Positions 50,244 through 64,000 of a DNA stretch of 64,000 bases are shown in pieces. Position numbers and translations under genes: made by a program. The stretch is from Octopus sinensis. Its lineage: Eukaryota. Every line of letters starts with the position of its first letter. Position 1 is the first letter of the stretch. A model generated the notes under the pieces. That model did no database searches, was not told where the DNA came from, and saw nothing but the letters and a program-made list of their open reading frames with translations. The stretch is from contig NC_043009.1 in NCBI RefSeq assembly GCF_006345805.1, positions 42,222,001 through 42,286,000 of the forward strand. Direction: 5' to 3'.

Positions 50244-51984
50244 AAATGTAAACCTAAATGTGAGTGCATTTGGTTGGCATGTGTGTTTAGCTCCAAAAGG
50301 CTCTGAAATGGTGCATCCAAATGAAAAACGAATTTGGTTTTTGAAATCTGCATCTCAAAGAGAAGGTTGTTCTCAAATAATAAGAAAAAATATAATTTGC
50401 TATGAGACATAACTCAACTTTAGATTGACATCTCTTCCCTCTATCTATCACTGTGAATCTATCTTTCTCTATTATTTACTGCATTCCTTATCACTCCCTC
50501 TCTGTGTATATGCATTAACTCTCTTGCATTGCTTTCATTTTGTATCTTCTAATGTTTACTTTCATTCTATTACAGCTGTTTCACACAAATCCTGTTTTCT
50601 GATTGGGTAAAATTGATCAGATTTTAAACCTCTATAGCATGTTTCTAAAATTTTTCTGGAATAAATGAATCACAAAAACTGAGATTCAGCATGAAAAAGT
50701 ACAGCAATATACCAAATCTAAAAATTTTCACTTAATTTTAAAATTTCAAAATCTGTGACAGCAACAGAACACATGTCTACATCTTTCATTTTTCACTTTT
50801 CTCATGGCAAACTTTCCCCCTTCTCTATACATTTTTATCACATTCTCACAATCTTTGTTTCATCCTCTATGAAAGTAAATCACTCATGCAGTGTGTGTGT
50901 GTATGTGTGTGTGTGCATTTCAGTGTGTGTATGCATGTGTGTAAGGAATTTCATTAGGGCAACAGAGCTGTGATTTAAAGAAATGTATTTAATAGATAAT
51001 TTATTGTAATAGCATACTTTTCTGTTAGTAAATGTCTTTCCTTATGCACATGCTTGCACATGTGTGCATTGACTCACTTGATGCAGGGCAGGGATTAAAA
51101 GCTTGAATTACTAAGTTTTATTATTGTTGCTTAAATCTCAGCAATGGTCCACCACACCATCATTCCATAAAATTGTGTTTATGGGGAAAATATTGGAAAA
51201 CATCAATATATGTCAGAGTGACAAAGAACTGAGGAAGGTACCAGGCAGTCATAACATGTGCTAGAAACAATAGCTAAAGCTTCCTTAAATCACACACCTT
51301 TCCATCTGGAAATTATTTTGAAATTATAAACAGAAAATAATTGCAGATTTGGACTGTCTATATTTAAAAACTTTGGTCAAAAAAAATAATTTGTAATTAA
51401 ATCCAGAATTTTAGAAATTATGGAAGGGCAGGATAAATGAAGAATTTAAAAAAGATTTTGCTATTGTTTTTAAATTAAGTTTCATTTTCTGTTTGAAAAT
51501 AAAGGAAGTGGGGATTTTAATGGTGATCACCAATTTCCAAATTTATTTTTTTTTTAACTTTCAAGGCTTCTCCTATCATTTTTAAGTGAGTAATGCAAAA
51601 CAAATTTGACAAAATCAGTTCTGAGTGAGAAAGGGATGTTTGAAATGATTTGTGAATTTTCAGAACTTTTTTTTTTTTTTACTATAAAAGAATCTCCCAT
51701 TGTATAGCGCAGGAAAACAAAAATATGAGAAAAATCAGTCCAGAAGCCAGGGAAGGGGGATTCATAAATCTTAAAAAATGTTTTTAATAAATAGCTTCCA
51801 AAGGTGTGGTGGAAAAAAAGTTTGTAAAATGAATGCATGAATGTATGAATCTATGTACACATGCTTGCATATATTATGTGCCTATGACTACAGGCTCAAG
51901 AGGCCACGGTTTATCAGGATTTTCAAAGCATTAAGGTTGAGAGAACAAGATCTCCATTTGAAGAAGATGCCAGTCCACTGGTAC

Positions 51985-52395
51985 TCATGTTCAATCATCA
52001 TCATCCTCCTTCGACCAACCTATGGTTCGTCAGAACTCCATTGACAATCACTTTCAACACTACACAGTCTTGCACTGCTGTCTTCAGATCTCTAATATCC
52101 AGTCCAGAATCCTGAGATATAGTATCTGGAAATGTCAGTTTCCTGGAGTAAACACTTCCGGAGGGATGCCATAGGAGTAAGGATGATATAACCTCTTTCT
52201 CTGCTTGATGACAGTGGCCTGCAAATTGTAACCATTTCTGCTTTAGCATAAGGGATATTGGAACCAGATTTCCATAGATGCTACTAAGTGTTGGGCGTGA
52301 TCTCCAACTGATGTTCTGTATCTTTCTGAGCAGTTGATATATGTTCCATCTAGGTGTGTTTCGAAGAGTGACGATAAGGTCCAGGTCCCTGATCA
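51985..52395 (-). mobile_element. 5'-truncated RTE-X-like LINE (ORF2 C-terminus, (TGA)n tail)
   Basis: LLRKIQNISW...KWLQFAGHCHQAEKEVISSLLLWHPSG...TFPDTISQDSGLDIRDLKTAVQD fits the RTE/RTE-X C-terminal pattern. Confidence 0.75.
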
Positions 52396-52549
52396 ACAGA
52401 GAAGGACCAGCTCAACCAGTATTCTAAATATTTAAACATTTAATGTGGATAGAATGTACAGGGGCAGCATCAAATAATGTGTCGCGTTCACAATCACTGT
52501 GCAACCAGTCTGAGAATTGAACTGATGACCTAACTATAGGTCGTCAGCA

Positions 52550-52905
52550 CCCGGGTTCAGTCCCACTGTGTGGCAGCTTGGGCAGGTATAATCTACTATA
52601 GCCACGGGTTGACCAAAGACTTGTGGGTGGATTTGGTAGACGAAAACTGAAAGAAGCCCGTTGTGTCTATGTGTGTGAGTGTATGTGTGTGTGTTTGTGT
52701 GTCTGTGTTTGTCCCCCCACCATCGCTTGACAACTGATGTTGGAGTGTTTACATCCCCATAACTTAGCAGTTCAGCAAATAAGACCGACAGAATAAGAAC
52801 TAGGCTTACAAAGAATAAGTTCCAGGGTCGATTTGTTTGAGTAAAGGCGGTGCTCCAGCATGGCTGCAGTCAAATGACAGAAACAAAGAAAAGGATAAAA
52901 GAATA
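52550..52905 (+). mobile_element. SINE family A
   Basis: Homology from the B box onward. Confidence 0.88.
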
Positions 52906-52933
52906 AAAGAAAAGGCAATAATATAACTATATG

Positions 52934-52977
<44 letters not shown>

Positions 52978-53239
52978 AAACAGAAAATAATCACATGCAT
53001 TTATTTATATAACAGTATGGAGACGATGGTTACTCCTCACTAACTGAACAAGGTCTTAGAAATCTGTGGCCAGACCTTACAAATTATGATTGTCCCCAAT
53101 TAAAACACAAAGACTATTAATGAGCATCTTTTATAAAATTATAATGAGAAAAAATAAGCTAGGTATGCTAAAGCTTCAAACACAGACTTCATTTCAATAA
53201 TATATTTTGAAAAGAAAAGCTGTTCCATACTTATAAACA

Positions 53240-53591
53240 AACCTAGATGCAGAAACACACATACACACACATATGTATACATATGTGTATACATATACAT
53301 ATACATATACACACATTCATATATATATATATATATATAAATTTATATATATTATGTATATATATATATATATATACTTACATATACATATACATTTATA
53401 TATATATATATACACACATTTATATATATATATACATGCATACACACACATATATATACACACACATACCCATTTATATATATGTATATATTCATATATT
53501 ATACATACACATTTATATATATATATATATATACACACACATTTATATATATATATTTATATATTATACACACCCACATACATACACATTA

Positions 53592-53622
<31 letters not shown>

Positions 53623-54127
53623 CATATATATATATACATATATACATGCACACATACGCATCTATACATGTGTGTGTATTTCATATTGTTTTTGTGTGCA
53701 AGCATGTGTATATGATTATGTATACAACTTTCTAAGCATTTACTAAAGCATAAATAAAAGCCAAAATCTTTCCTCTGTTTTCCCTTCCACTTGTGATATT
53801 CACCTTTAAAGATGAAATTCCTCTTATTAAACTGCTCTTTTGTTCATGTTCAACGCTCCGCTTCACTCATTACATGTAAGAGCTATTTCAGTGCCCAATT
53901 TGAAATACTAGTCAAGATGAAAATTAAATGAGATTCACTTCCATGCTACACCATGCTTCATAAAGAAAAAACCAACAATTTTTCAACAACAGCAATATTA
54001 GTGAACAACGACTAAAAGAAAAGCTATAGCTGTTACCAGCTAAAACAATAACATAACAAATAACCAGTGGCTCACCTAAGTGTCGGGCTTTTTATTTGCT
54101 CTTCTATCATTCTATCATCATCCCTGC

Positions 54128-54167
<40 letters not shown>

Positions 54168-54169
54168 AT

Positions 54170-54219
<50 letters not shown>

Positions 54220-54244
54220 TATATATATATATACATATATATAC

Positions 54245-54283
<39 letters not shown>

Positions 54284-54314
54284 ATAGATATATACATACA
54301 TATATATATATATA

Positions 54315-54346
<32 letters not shown>

Positions 54347-54666
54347 TATATATATGTATATATATACATGTATATGTGCATGTGCACATGCATTTGTGTA
54401 TGTGTGTGTGTGAGCACACAAATTTGGTGTGTATGCATGCATTTTTTATTTGAGATAAAAAATTCAGTGAATACAAAATTCTCCACAAAAAAGTGAAATG
54501 TGAAGTGAAATTAAAACAAAAAACAAAGCCCAATTTTTAATAGATTTGTATGTGTGAGCATGCATGCAAGTGTGTGTACATATTTTTATATATATATGCA
54601 AGTACACAGAGGGAGAGAGAAAAGAGAAAGGAAAGCACCAAAAAGGATAGATGAGTATATGTATAT

Positions 54667-54698
<32 letters not shown>

Positions 54699-54928
54699 AT
54701 ATATATATCTATATATATATATATATATATAAAATAGATATATATATATACATATAAATAGAGAGAAGGGGAGAAAGAGAGAGAGAGAGATAGATAGATA
54801 GATATAGATATATATATATACATATATATATATATTACATGTGTATTTATACACAGACTCATGAATATATTTATATATGTACATGTGTATATATACACAC
54901 ATACATATATTATATATGTATGTGTGCG

Positions 54929-54966
<38 letters not shown>

Positions 54967-55144
54967 TTTATATTAAAATATACATTTATATTAAAATATA
55001 CATATATACATACATGCACAAACACATATCCATACACATTCGCAGACACACATAACATGAATATACACATATGCACACATATATGCACTTACACATACAT
55101 ACACACAGGCATACAAAAATATATGTACGTAAACATATATATAC

Positions 55145-55181
<37 letters not shown>

Positions 55182-55200
55182 TATATAAGTCTCTATGATG
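53240..55200. repeat. Extended (AT)n/(AC)n/(AG)n microsatellite field
   Basis: Directly visible. Confidence 0.95.
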
Positions 55201-55798
55201 TATATATGTATAACTCACTGTGGTGTATTTATGCATGAGTTTATTCATGCCAATAGATGCGTAAAAAGTGTCAGTGCTTTATCAATTTAGATAAAAGACT
55301 TTTATTTACTTTTATTCAAATATTTTGTCACCTGAAAAATAAAACGTTTTATTTCATTTCACTTTTAAAATCTTGTTAACTAAAATGTTCATAATAATTC
55401 TATAATTAATTATATATCGACATATAAAAAAAAAAAAAAATTAATAATATTGAGGATGCTGTGACAACGACCGATTACAGCAGCAGTAATAACAACAACA
55501 ACAACAATAATAACGATAATAACAGTATAAAAATGATGATATTGATGATGAGAAACCGAAGGAGCTGGAGGTTAGCTTTGATCAACACAAATTGAAATTT
55601 AGGAAAGAAAAAGAAAATTCCATGAAAAACTGAAAGAAATAAAACAAAAATGTGTAATATTTTAATATATGAGAGAATAAAAGGAAGGATAACATAAAGG
55701 AAAACATCATCAATAATAATGATAACGATGAAGATGATGATGATGATGATGATGATGATAATGATAATAATGATAATAATAATAATGATAATGATGAC

Positions 55799-55848
<50 letters not shown>

Positions 55849-55974
55849 TGATAATAATAATAACTACAATGATAATGGTGATGATAATCGTAAGGATAAT
55901 AATGATAATGATAACAGTGATAATTATGATATTAACGATGAAAGTGATGATGAGAATAATAATGATAATAGTTT

Positions 55975-56185
55975 CTGTTATAACCACAAGGCCAGCAATT
56001 TCGAAGGGTGGAGGAAGTTGATTACATTGACCCCAATGCTCAACTGCTATCTATTTTACTGAGCTTCAAAGTATGTAAAGTAAAGTCAACCTAGGGTGAA
56101 ATTTGAACTCAGAATGTAAAGAAAGACGAAATGCCACTAAGCATTTTGTTCGACAGGCTAATGATTCTTCCAGCTTGCTCCTTGA
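55975..56185 (-). mobile_element. Decayed family-B-type SINE
   Basis: ACAAGGCCAGCAATTTCG...GAATTTGAACTCAGAATG homology to 9432-9645. Confidence 0.7.
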
Positions 56186-56222
56186 AAAATTCTGCCTAAA
56201 TGATACTACTACTACTACTACT

Positions 56223-56276
<54 letters not shown>

Positions 56277-56280
56277 CATA

Positions 56281-56368
<88 letters not shown>

Positions 56369-56687
56369 CCTCCACCATCATCATCATCAACATTATGATC
56401 ACCACCGCTATCATTAATCGACATCGTCACATCCTTTCTGACCTAAGCATATAGATAAATTTTACCTGAGAAGGTGGCTATTTTGAGTAGCGCTGTTTGT
56501 TTTATCATTTGTATTATCATTCCCTGAGAGGTGAAATGTAAAAATTTTTAATTTGGTTAGAGTTCAACCTACAACACATGGAAATAAAATTCGATTATAT
56601 ATTGTGAGGTGGTATTATATCATTCATTCTGCAGTGAGCTCACAGAATTTTTAGCTCATCAAATAAAATGCCTAGAAGTATATCTTC

Positions 56688-56860
56688 CAGGGGTGGACTG
56701 AGAGTATTAAGGACCCTTGGGCATAACTGTTTACCAGGCCTTTTAGCACTGATATCAGTAGAGTTAACATGTAGAGTGTGGGCCCTTCAGAGCTCCAGGC
56801 CCCTCAGGGCTCCCGCCCCTCGGGCAGTGGCCGATTCACCGTCAGCTCAGTCCGACCCTG
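56688..56860. mobile_element. 173-bp hAT-type MITE, GC-rich
   Basis: TIR CAGGGGTGGACTGAG / CTCAGTCCGACCCTG (13/15); perfect 8-bp TSD ATATCTTC at 56680-56687 and 56861-56868. Confidence 0.92.
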
Positions 56861-56944
56861 ATATCTTCTGACACATTATATTGTGTGATCCATTTCTAAT
56901 GCCAACAACTTTGCCTTTCATCCATCCAGGACTGATAAAATAAC

Positions 56945-57060
56945 ATGTGGAGGGGGCAGTTACAGGAAGACATGGGATGAAGTGGTGAGAAAGGATCTTC
57001 AGACATTGGGCCTCACAGAGGAGATGACAAGGGTCCGAGACTTCTGGAAGTATGAAGGTG
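56945..57060 (+). mobile_element. RTE ORF2 C-terminal fragment
   Basis: RKTWDEVVRKDLQTLGLTEEMTRVRDFWKY, homologous to 33180-33290. Confidence 0.8.
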
Positions 57061-57261
57061 AGATGAGCCCAGTCAGGCCAAAAAAGTAGGGGGTGTTAAT
57101 GTAGTGATAAAAAAAAGGTTAAGTGGGGCTAATCATGACTGAGGACTGAGGCTGGAGTGCATTTGTGAGAGATACAATGCCAATCAATGTAACCCCTGTC
57201 TAGGTGCAAATAAACACCACAAGGCATTTTATTTTTATTTATTTATTTTGGTTTTTTTTTC

Positions 57262-58600
57262 TTTTATTTGTCTCTGTCATTGGACTGCAGCCATGCTGGG
57301 GCACCGCCTTGGAGGACTTTTAGTCAAACAAATCAACTCAAGAACTATTTATGGGGTTTGGCAATCATTCTGTCTGACACTTTTGCTAAACTGCTAAGTT
57401 AAAGGGACATAAATAAAACAATACCAGTTGTTAAGAGGGTGGCAGGGAACAAACACAAATGTACACACACACACACACACACATACACACATGCACACAC
57501 ACATATATGTGTGTGTGTGTATACATATATATGTGTACAAATGTATATATACACAAACATATATATATACACACATATACACACACATATATACACACAC
57601 ACATATACACACACACATGCATATATATGTATACACACACACACACACACATATAATGGGCTTTCACAGAGTTTCTGTCTTCCAAATTCACTCACAAGAC
57701 ATTCATTAGCCTGAAGCTATAGTAGAAGATACTTGCTCAAGATGCTGCACAGTGGAACCAAATCCAAAATCACATGATTGCAACCTGGGCTTTTTAACCG
57801 CGCATACAGCCATGCCTACCCCTAATTATTAAAATGACAAGATTATCTTGTATTGGTGTATTGATAAGAAATAATATACAGTATAATACTGCATAATATT
57901 GGCTTTAAATTTTGGCACATGTCCAACAATTTTGTGGGTGGGGTTCAGTCAGTTACATCGACTCCACTGCTAAATTGGTGCTTGTATTATCAACCCTGAA
58001 AGAATGAAAGGCAATGTCAATTTTGGTGGAATTCGAAATCAGATATAAAAATGGATAAAAAGCCACAAAGCATTATGCCTGTCATAGCAACAATTCTTTC
58101 AGCTTGTATATTCTTTTTATTATTTTACTTGTTTCAGTCATTTGACTGCGGCCATGCTGGAGCACCGCCTTTAGTCAAGCAAATCAACGCCAGGACTTAT
58201 TTTTGTAAGCCTAGTACTTATTCTATCGGTCTCTTTTGCAGAACTGCTAAGTTATGGGGACGTAAACACACCAGTATCAGTTGTCAAGCGATGTTGGAGG
58301 ACAAACACAGGCACAGACACACACACACACACACACACATACATATATATATAAAGTTAATCCAAACATGAAAACACAAAGAGAAAACTCAACAACACGA
58401 GAACGTGGAGCAAATATAGTATTATTGGATGCTCAGGAAGGAAGGAAAGAAAGAAGGTTTAACGTTTCGAATATGACAGGCTTCTTTCAGTTTCCGTGTA
58501 TCAAATCCACTCACAAGGTTTTGGCTCACCCGAGGCTATAGTAAAAGACACTTTCCCAAGGTGCCACGCTAGCTACTTACCACACAGCTACTGCTGCACC
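57262..58600 (-). mobile_element. Three consecutive minus-strand SINEs (family A 57262-57815, family B-type 57900-58110, family A 58118-58600)
   Basis: Homology to the copies above, with marked CpG loss. Confidence 0.85.
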
Positions 58601-58690
58601 TATATTATATAATATGATATAAAGTTATATAATATTAAACAATAATACATTTCAATGACAGGAAAAAATGTCATGGATATATCTTGTATT

Positions 58691-58722
<32 letters not shown>

Positions 58723-59224
58723 TAAATATATATATTGCAATTAAATTTTTGAAATATTATTTGATTTTTTGATGAGTATTTCTTCTGAATCCTTGTAATG
58801 ACAATCTGATATCAGCCACAAGTAACACCAGTTCTAAGACAACTGCATTTTCACCAAAACATTCTGAGAGAAAAAGAGAAACAGAGAGAGAGAGAGAGAG
58901 TGATAGAGAGACAGAGAGACAGAGAAACAGAGACAGAGATAGAGAGATAAAGAGAGTATGTGATCTTATTTATTTTTCATATTATTTAAATATTCTTATC
59001 TGCATTCAATGCTTAAAAAAATGTTAATATATAAAATAAACTACATAATTTCGAAAAGAAGGAAAAAAAAGACAAGTTTGGCAGTGTTATTCTTGATGTT
59101 GTATCTTTGCTTCGTTTTCTTCTTTAATATTTTTATATATATTTTCTTACTTTTACATTCTCAGTTGCAATTGTTTTGAAATAATTTTTCTCTATTAAGA
59201 ATGGAACTTCAAAATGGACTTTTT

Positions 59225-60150
<926 letters not shown>

Positions 60151-60534
60151 AAAAATGGTGTAGCTTTGGTAGCAGCATGGAATTATCTCAAAAGAGAAAT
60201 GCAAGAATTCTGATAGAAAATGATGGAAATTTCAACAATAGAAATATTTCAAGAATTTCAGTAATGAAAAAATGGAGAAATTACAAAAAAAAAAAACAAG
60301 AAGAAAAGCAACAAAAATATGATATAAAGATAAAAGCAAAAAATCTTATGTCAATGTGTTTGGTTGACATATCAATGTTTATTTAATTTATCTATTAGGG
60401 TAACAATATTTTAAAACATTCTGTATTATTACTATCTATCTACATATATATATATATATACATATATATGTGTATGTATGTGTATATATATATATATGTA
60501 TGTATATATGTATATATATGTGTGTGTTTATTTT

Positions 60535-60990
60535 TTATTCTTTCACTTGTTTCAGTCATTTGATTGCGGTCGTGCTGGAGCGCCACCTTAAGGAGTTTTA
60601 GTCGAACAAATCGACCCCAGGACTTATTCTTTGTGAGAGTAGTACTTATTCTATCAGTCTCTCTTGTTGAACTGCTAAGTCACAGGGACACAAACACACC
60701 AACATTGGCTTTCAAGTGATGGTAGCAAGGACAAACATAGACACAAAGACACACACATAGATATATACATATATATATATATGTGTGTGTATATATGTAT
60801 ATATACATACACACACATACAGACATATGTATACAATGGGCTTTTTTCAGTTTCTGTCAACCAAATCCACTCACAAGTGCTTTGGTCAGCCCAAGGCTGT
60901 AGTAGAAGACACTTTCTCATGACTCCATGCAGTGGGATTGAACATGGAAACATATGGTTGGGAAACAATCTTCTTACCACACAGCCATGC
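60535..60990 (-). mobile_element. SINE family A
   Basis: Homology. Confidence 0.88.
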
Positions 60991-61250
60991 ATTTCTTTTC
61001 TCTCTTTCTTTCACACTTCCTTTCCTCCACACTGATATCATCACCATCATCAGTTTTATCTGAACTTTTTCCTGCTTGCATGGACTACATGAATTTAATC
61101 AAGGCAGATTTTCTACAACAGGGTGCCTTTCCGGCCAACAACTCTCACTTACTTCCAAGGAAGGCAATATTTTCCTCCCTCTTGACTAGATATGTTTATT
61201 TGATATTAGGAGTGAGTGACACTGCTTTTAAGACAGTGATATTCATTTAA

Positions 61251-61943
61251 CCGTTTAATGTTTAATCAAGCCATAGCTGGCCAAAATATTCTACCTGTTT
61301 TATGTTAAAAAAGACCAGATCTAACCTCTCACACATCATCATCATCATCATCATCATTTAACGTCCACTTTCCATGCTAGCATGGGTTGGACGATTTGAC
61401 TGAGGACTGGTAAACCAGATGGCTGCATCAGGCTCCAATCTGATCTGGCAAAGTTTCTACAGCTGGATGCCCTTCCTAATGCCAACCACTCTGAGAGTCT
61501 AGTGGGTACTTTTACGTGCCACCGGCACGAGGGCCAATCTGGTGGTACTGGCAACGGACACACTCAAATGGTGTTTTTTGCGTTCCACCTGCACAGGAGT
61601 CAGTCCAGTGGCACTGGCAACAACCTCACTCCAGTGTTTTGTTCACGTGTCACGGGCACAAGTGCTAGTAAGGTGACGCTGGTAACGATCACGCTGAAAT
61701 GGTGCTTTTTACGTGCCACCGGCACGGAAGCCGGACAGCTGCTCTGGCAGTGATCCCGCTCAGATGGAGCTGCTAGTGTTCCACTGGCACAGGTGCCAGT
61801 CATCGAATTTGGTTACAATATCATTCTAAATGTATACAATCATACCATTGGAATCTTGAAGCCACAAGATCATGTATGATTAATTTAAAACAATGTAAAT
61901 ATATAAGGAATACATTTGAGAAAAGAATCTGCATATTAAAGGG
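61251..61943. mobile_element. piggyBac-type MITE interrupted by an RTE 3' UTR (61335-61815, minus)
   Basis: TTAA at 61247-61250 and 61944-61947; ends CCGTTT / AAAGGG; halves homologous to 42934-43610. Confidence 0.78.
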
Positions 61944-62143
61944 TTAAAAATGTCTTGCAATGTCAAAACAACAAGACAGAAATAAACATGCAAACACATA
62001 TACAATGGACTTCTTTCAGTTTTTATCTCCAAATCAACTTAAAAGTCTGTCATCCACTTGAGTGAGACTCCAGTAGAATATACTTGCTTAAGGTACCACA
62101 TAAAAAAATCGAACCCAGAAACATGTGGCTAGAGAGTAAACTT

Positions 62144-62575
62144 GGTGCTGGTATAGTATGTGATCAACATACATGTTTCTGGTATAGCTTGTGATCTACA
62201 TTAAGTCAAATGGTATAGTTTGTGATCTACTCCAACTTTTTGATCTACATTTAAAATTTATCTATTTACTTGACTTCTGGTTGGTTTGGTATATAAACCA
62301 AAACAACTTTTATGATTTACACACTTTTAGTCCTGAGCCTATCGAAAGAAGTCGTGATGAGAGCAAAAGAACTTTACATACAGGTTTTTCGAGATGAAGA
62401 AGCTGCAATAGAATTTCTCTGATGCTATGAACTCATTTATGAACATGGAGATATTGATCCATCTCTAATTATAATTGCAAATTTATAGCAAAATTTTGAA
62501 TGTAGATAACAAGCTAGTCTAGATTTAAGTTGCTGTAGATCACATGGTATGTAGATTACATACTACACCGGCACT
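62144..62575 (+). mobile_element. 432-bp Merlin-like deleted DNA transposon
   Basis: 8-bp TSD GTAAACTT at 62136-62143 and 62576-62583; about 29-bp imperfect TIRs starting GG; subterminal GGTATAGTTTGTGATCTAC repeats; relic MRAKELYIQVFRDEEAAIEFL*. The superfamily call is inference from TSD length and GG termini. Confidence 0.7.
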
Positions 62576-62593
62576 GTAAACTTTTTATCACAT

Positions 62594-63390
62594 AGGTGCA
62601 GGAGTGGCTGTGTGGTAAGTAGCTTGCTTACCAACCACATGGTTCCTGGCTCATTCCCACTGCATGGCACCTTGGGCAAGTGTCTTCTACTATAGCCTCA
62701 GGCCGACCAAAGCCTTGTGAGTGGATTTGGTAGACAGAAACTGAAAGAAGCTCGTCGTATATATGTATTTATTTATATATACTCTTTTACTCTTTACTCT
62801 TTTACTTGTTTCAGTCATTTGACTGTGGCCATGCTGGAGCACCGCCTTTAGTCGAGCAAATCGACCCCGGGACTTATTCTTTGTAAGCCCAGTACTTATT
62901 CTATCAGTCTCTTTTGCCGAACCGCTAAGTGACGGGGACGTAAACACACCAGCATCGGTTGTCAAGCAATGCTAGGGGGACAAACACAGACACACAAACA
63001 TATACACACATACATATATATACATATATATACGACAGGCTTCTTTCAGTTTCCGTCTACCAAATCCACTCACAAGGCATTGGTCGGCCCGGGGCTATAG
63101 CAGAAGACACTTGCCCAAGATGCTACGCAGTGGGACTGAACCCGGAACCATATATATGTATATATACATGTATGTATGTTTGTGTTTCTGTGTTTGTCCC
63201 CCAACATCACTTGACAACCGATGCTGGTGTGTTTACGTCTCTGTAACTTAGTGGTTCGGCAAAAGAGACTGATAAAATAACTACTAGGCTTCCAAAGAAT
63301 AAGTCCTGTGGTCGATTTGCTCAACTAAAGGTGGTGCTCCAGCATGGCCACAGTCAAATGACTGAAACGAGTAAAAGAGTAAAAGAGAGT
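62594..63390 (+). mobile_element. SINE family A host copy split by a younger inverted family A copy (62781-63150, minus)
   Basis: 5' half 62594-62760 and 3' half 63151-63390; the insert lies in the host's internal (TA)n with TATATATGTAT on both sides. Confidence 0.9.
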
Positions 63391-63439
63391 ATATTTTTGT
63401 TTCTTAACTTGCTTGTTAACTTATTTAAAAATTATTATA

Positions 63440-63790
63440 ATCTTTTATTCTTTTAATCTTTTACTTATATCAGTTATTAGATTGTGGCCATGCTGGAGCA
63501 CTATCTTGAAGAATTTTAGTGGAATGAATTGAACCTGGTGCTTCCCTCTTTTTTAAGTCTCGTACTTATACTCTCACTCACTTTTGCTAAACCACTAAGT
63601 TACAGGGACATAAACACACCAACACCTGTTATCAATCAGTAGTGGAGGATAAACACACACACAACACATATACGACGGGCTTCTTTCAGTTTCCATCTAC
63701 TGAATCTCCTCTTAAGGTTTTAGTCAGCTCAAAGCTTACAGTAAAAGACACTTGATGAAGGTGACATGCAATGGGACTGAACTAGGAACC
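63440..63790 (-). mobile_element. Old SINE family A copy
   Basis: Diverged homology. Confidence 0.75.
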
Positions 63791-63814
63791 ATCTGATTGA
63801 GAAGTAAACTTCTT

Positions 63815-64000
63815 ATTTCTTTACTGCCCACAAGGGGCTAAACATAGAGGAGATGAACAAGGACAGACAAACGGAGAAAGTTGATTATATCGACCCCAGT
63901 GCATAAGTGGTACTTATTTAATCGACCCCGAAAGGATGAAAGGCAAAGTCGACCTCGGAGGAATTTGAACTCAGAACGTAGCAGCAGACGAAATACCGCT
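63815..64000 (-). mobile_element. SINE family B (runs off the window end)
   Basis: Homologous to 6295-6480. Confidence 0.9.

Overview
This is AT-rich, repeat-saturated animal genomic DNA, almost certainly from an Octopus species. That call rests on recognising the tRNA-derived SINE families and the microsatellite spectrum, not on a database search. There is one 100-N scaffold gap (9003-9102). No intact, nameable protein-coding gene, rRNA, true tRNA gene or CRISPR array can be supported. Nearly all ORF-track entries are translations of (AT)n/(AC)n/(AAT)n/(ATC)n microsatellites or of SINEs. The supportable content is: about 40 SINE copies from at least six families; 5'-truncated LINE tails (RTE, RTE-X-like, Dong/R4-like); one full-length but frameshifted mariner (23690-24968, 27-bp TIRs, TA TSD) plus three mariner remnants; a hAT transposase remnant; small TIR elements with readable TSDs (hAT, piggyBac, Tc1/mariner, Merlin types); a Helentron/HINE-like element whose 3' 295 bp plus flank is tandemly amplified five times; and a 70-bp hairpin-bearing minisatellite. 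The best leads are: a tRNA-headed element with a decayed minimal hammerhead-ribozyme motif (9826-9870); the HINE tandem array; a candidate multi-exon + strand gene or pseudogene (10.7-17.0 kb) whose stop codon is completed by a SINE insertion; a left-to-right shift in CpG decay of SINE copies, suggesting a methylated gene body from about 30 kb onward with candidate minus-strand exons including a 15-nt microexon; and inverted SINE pairs able to form long dsRNA.
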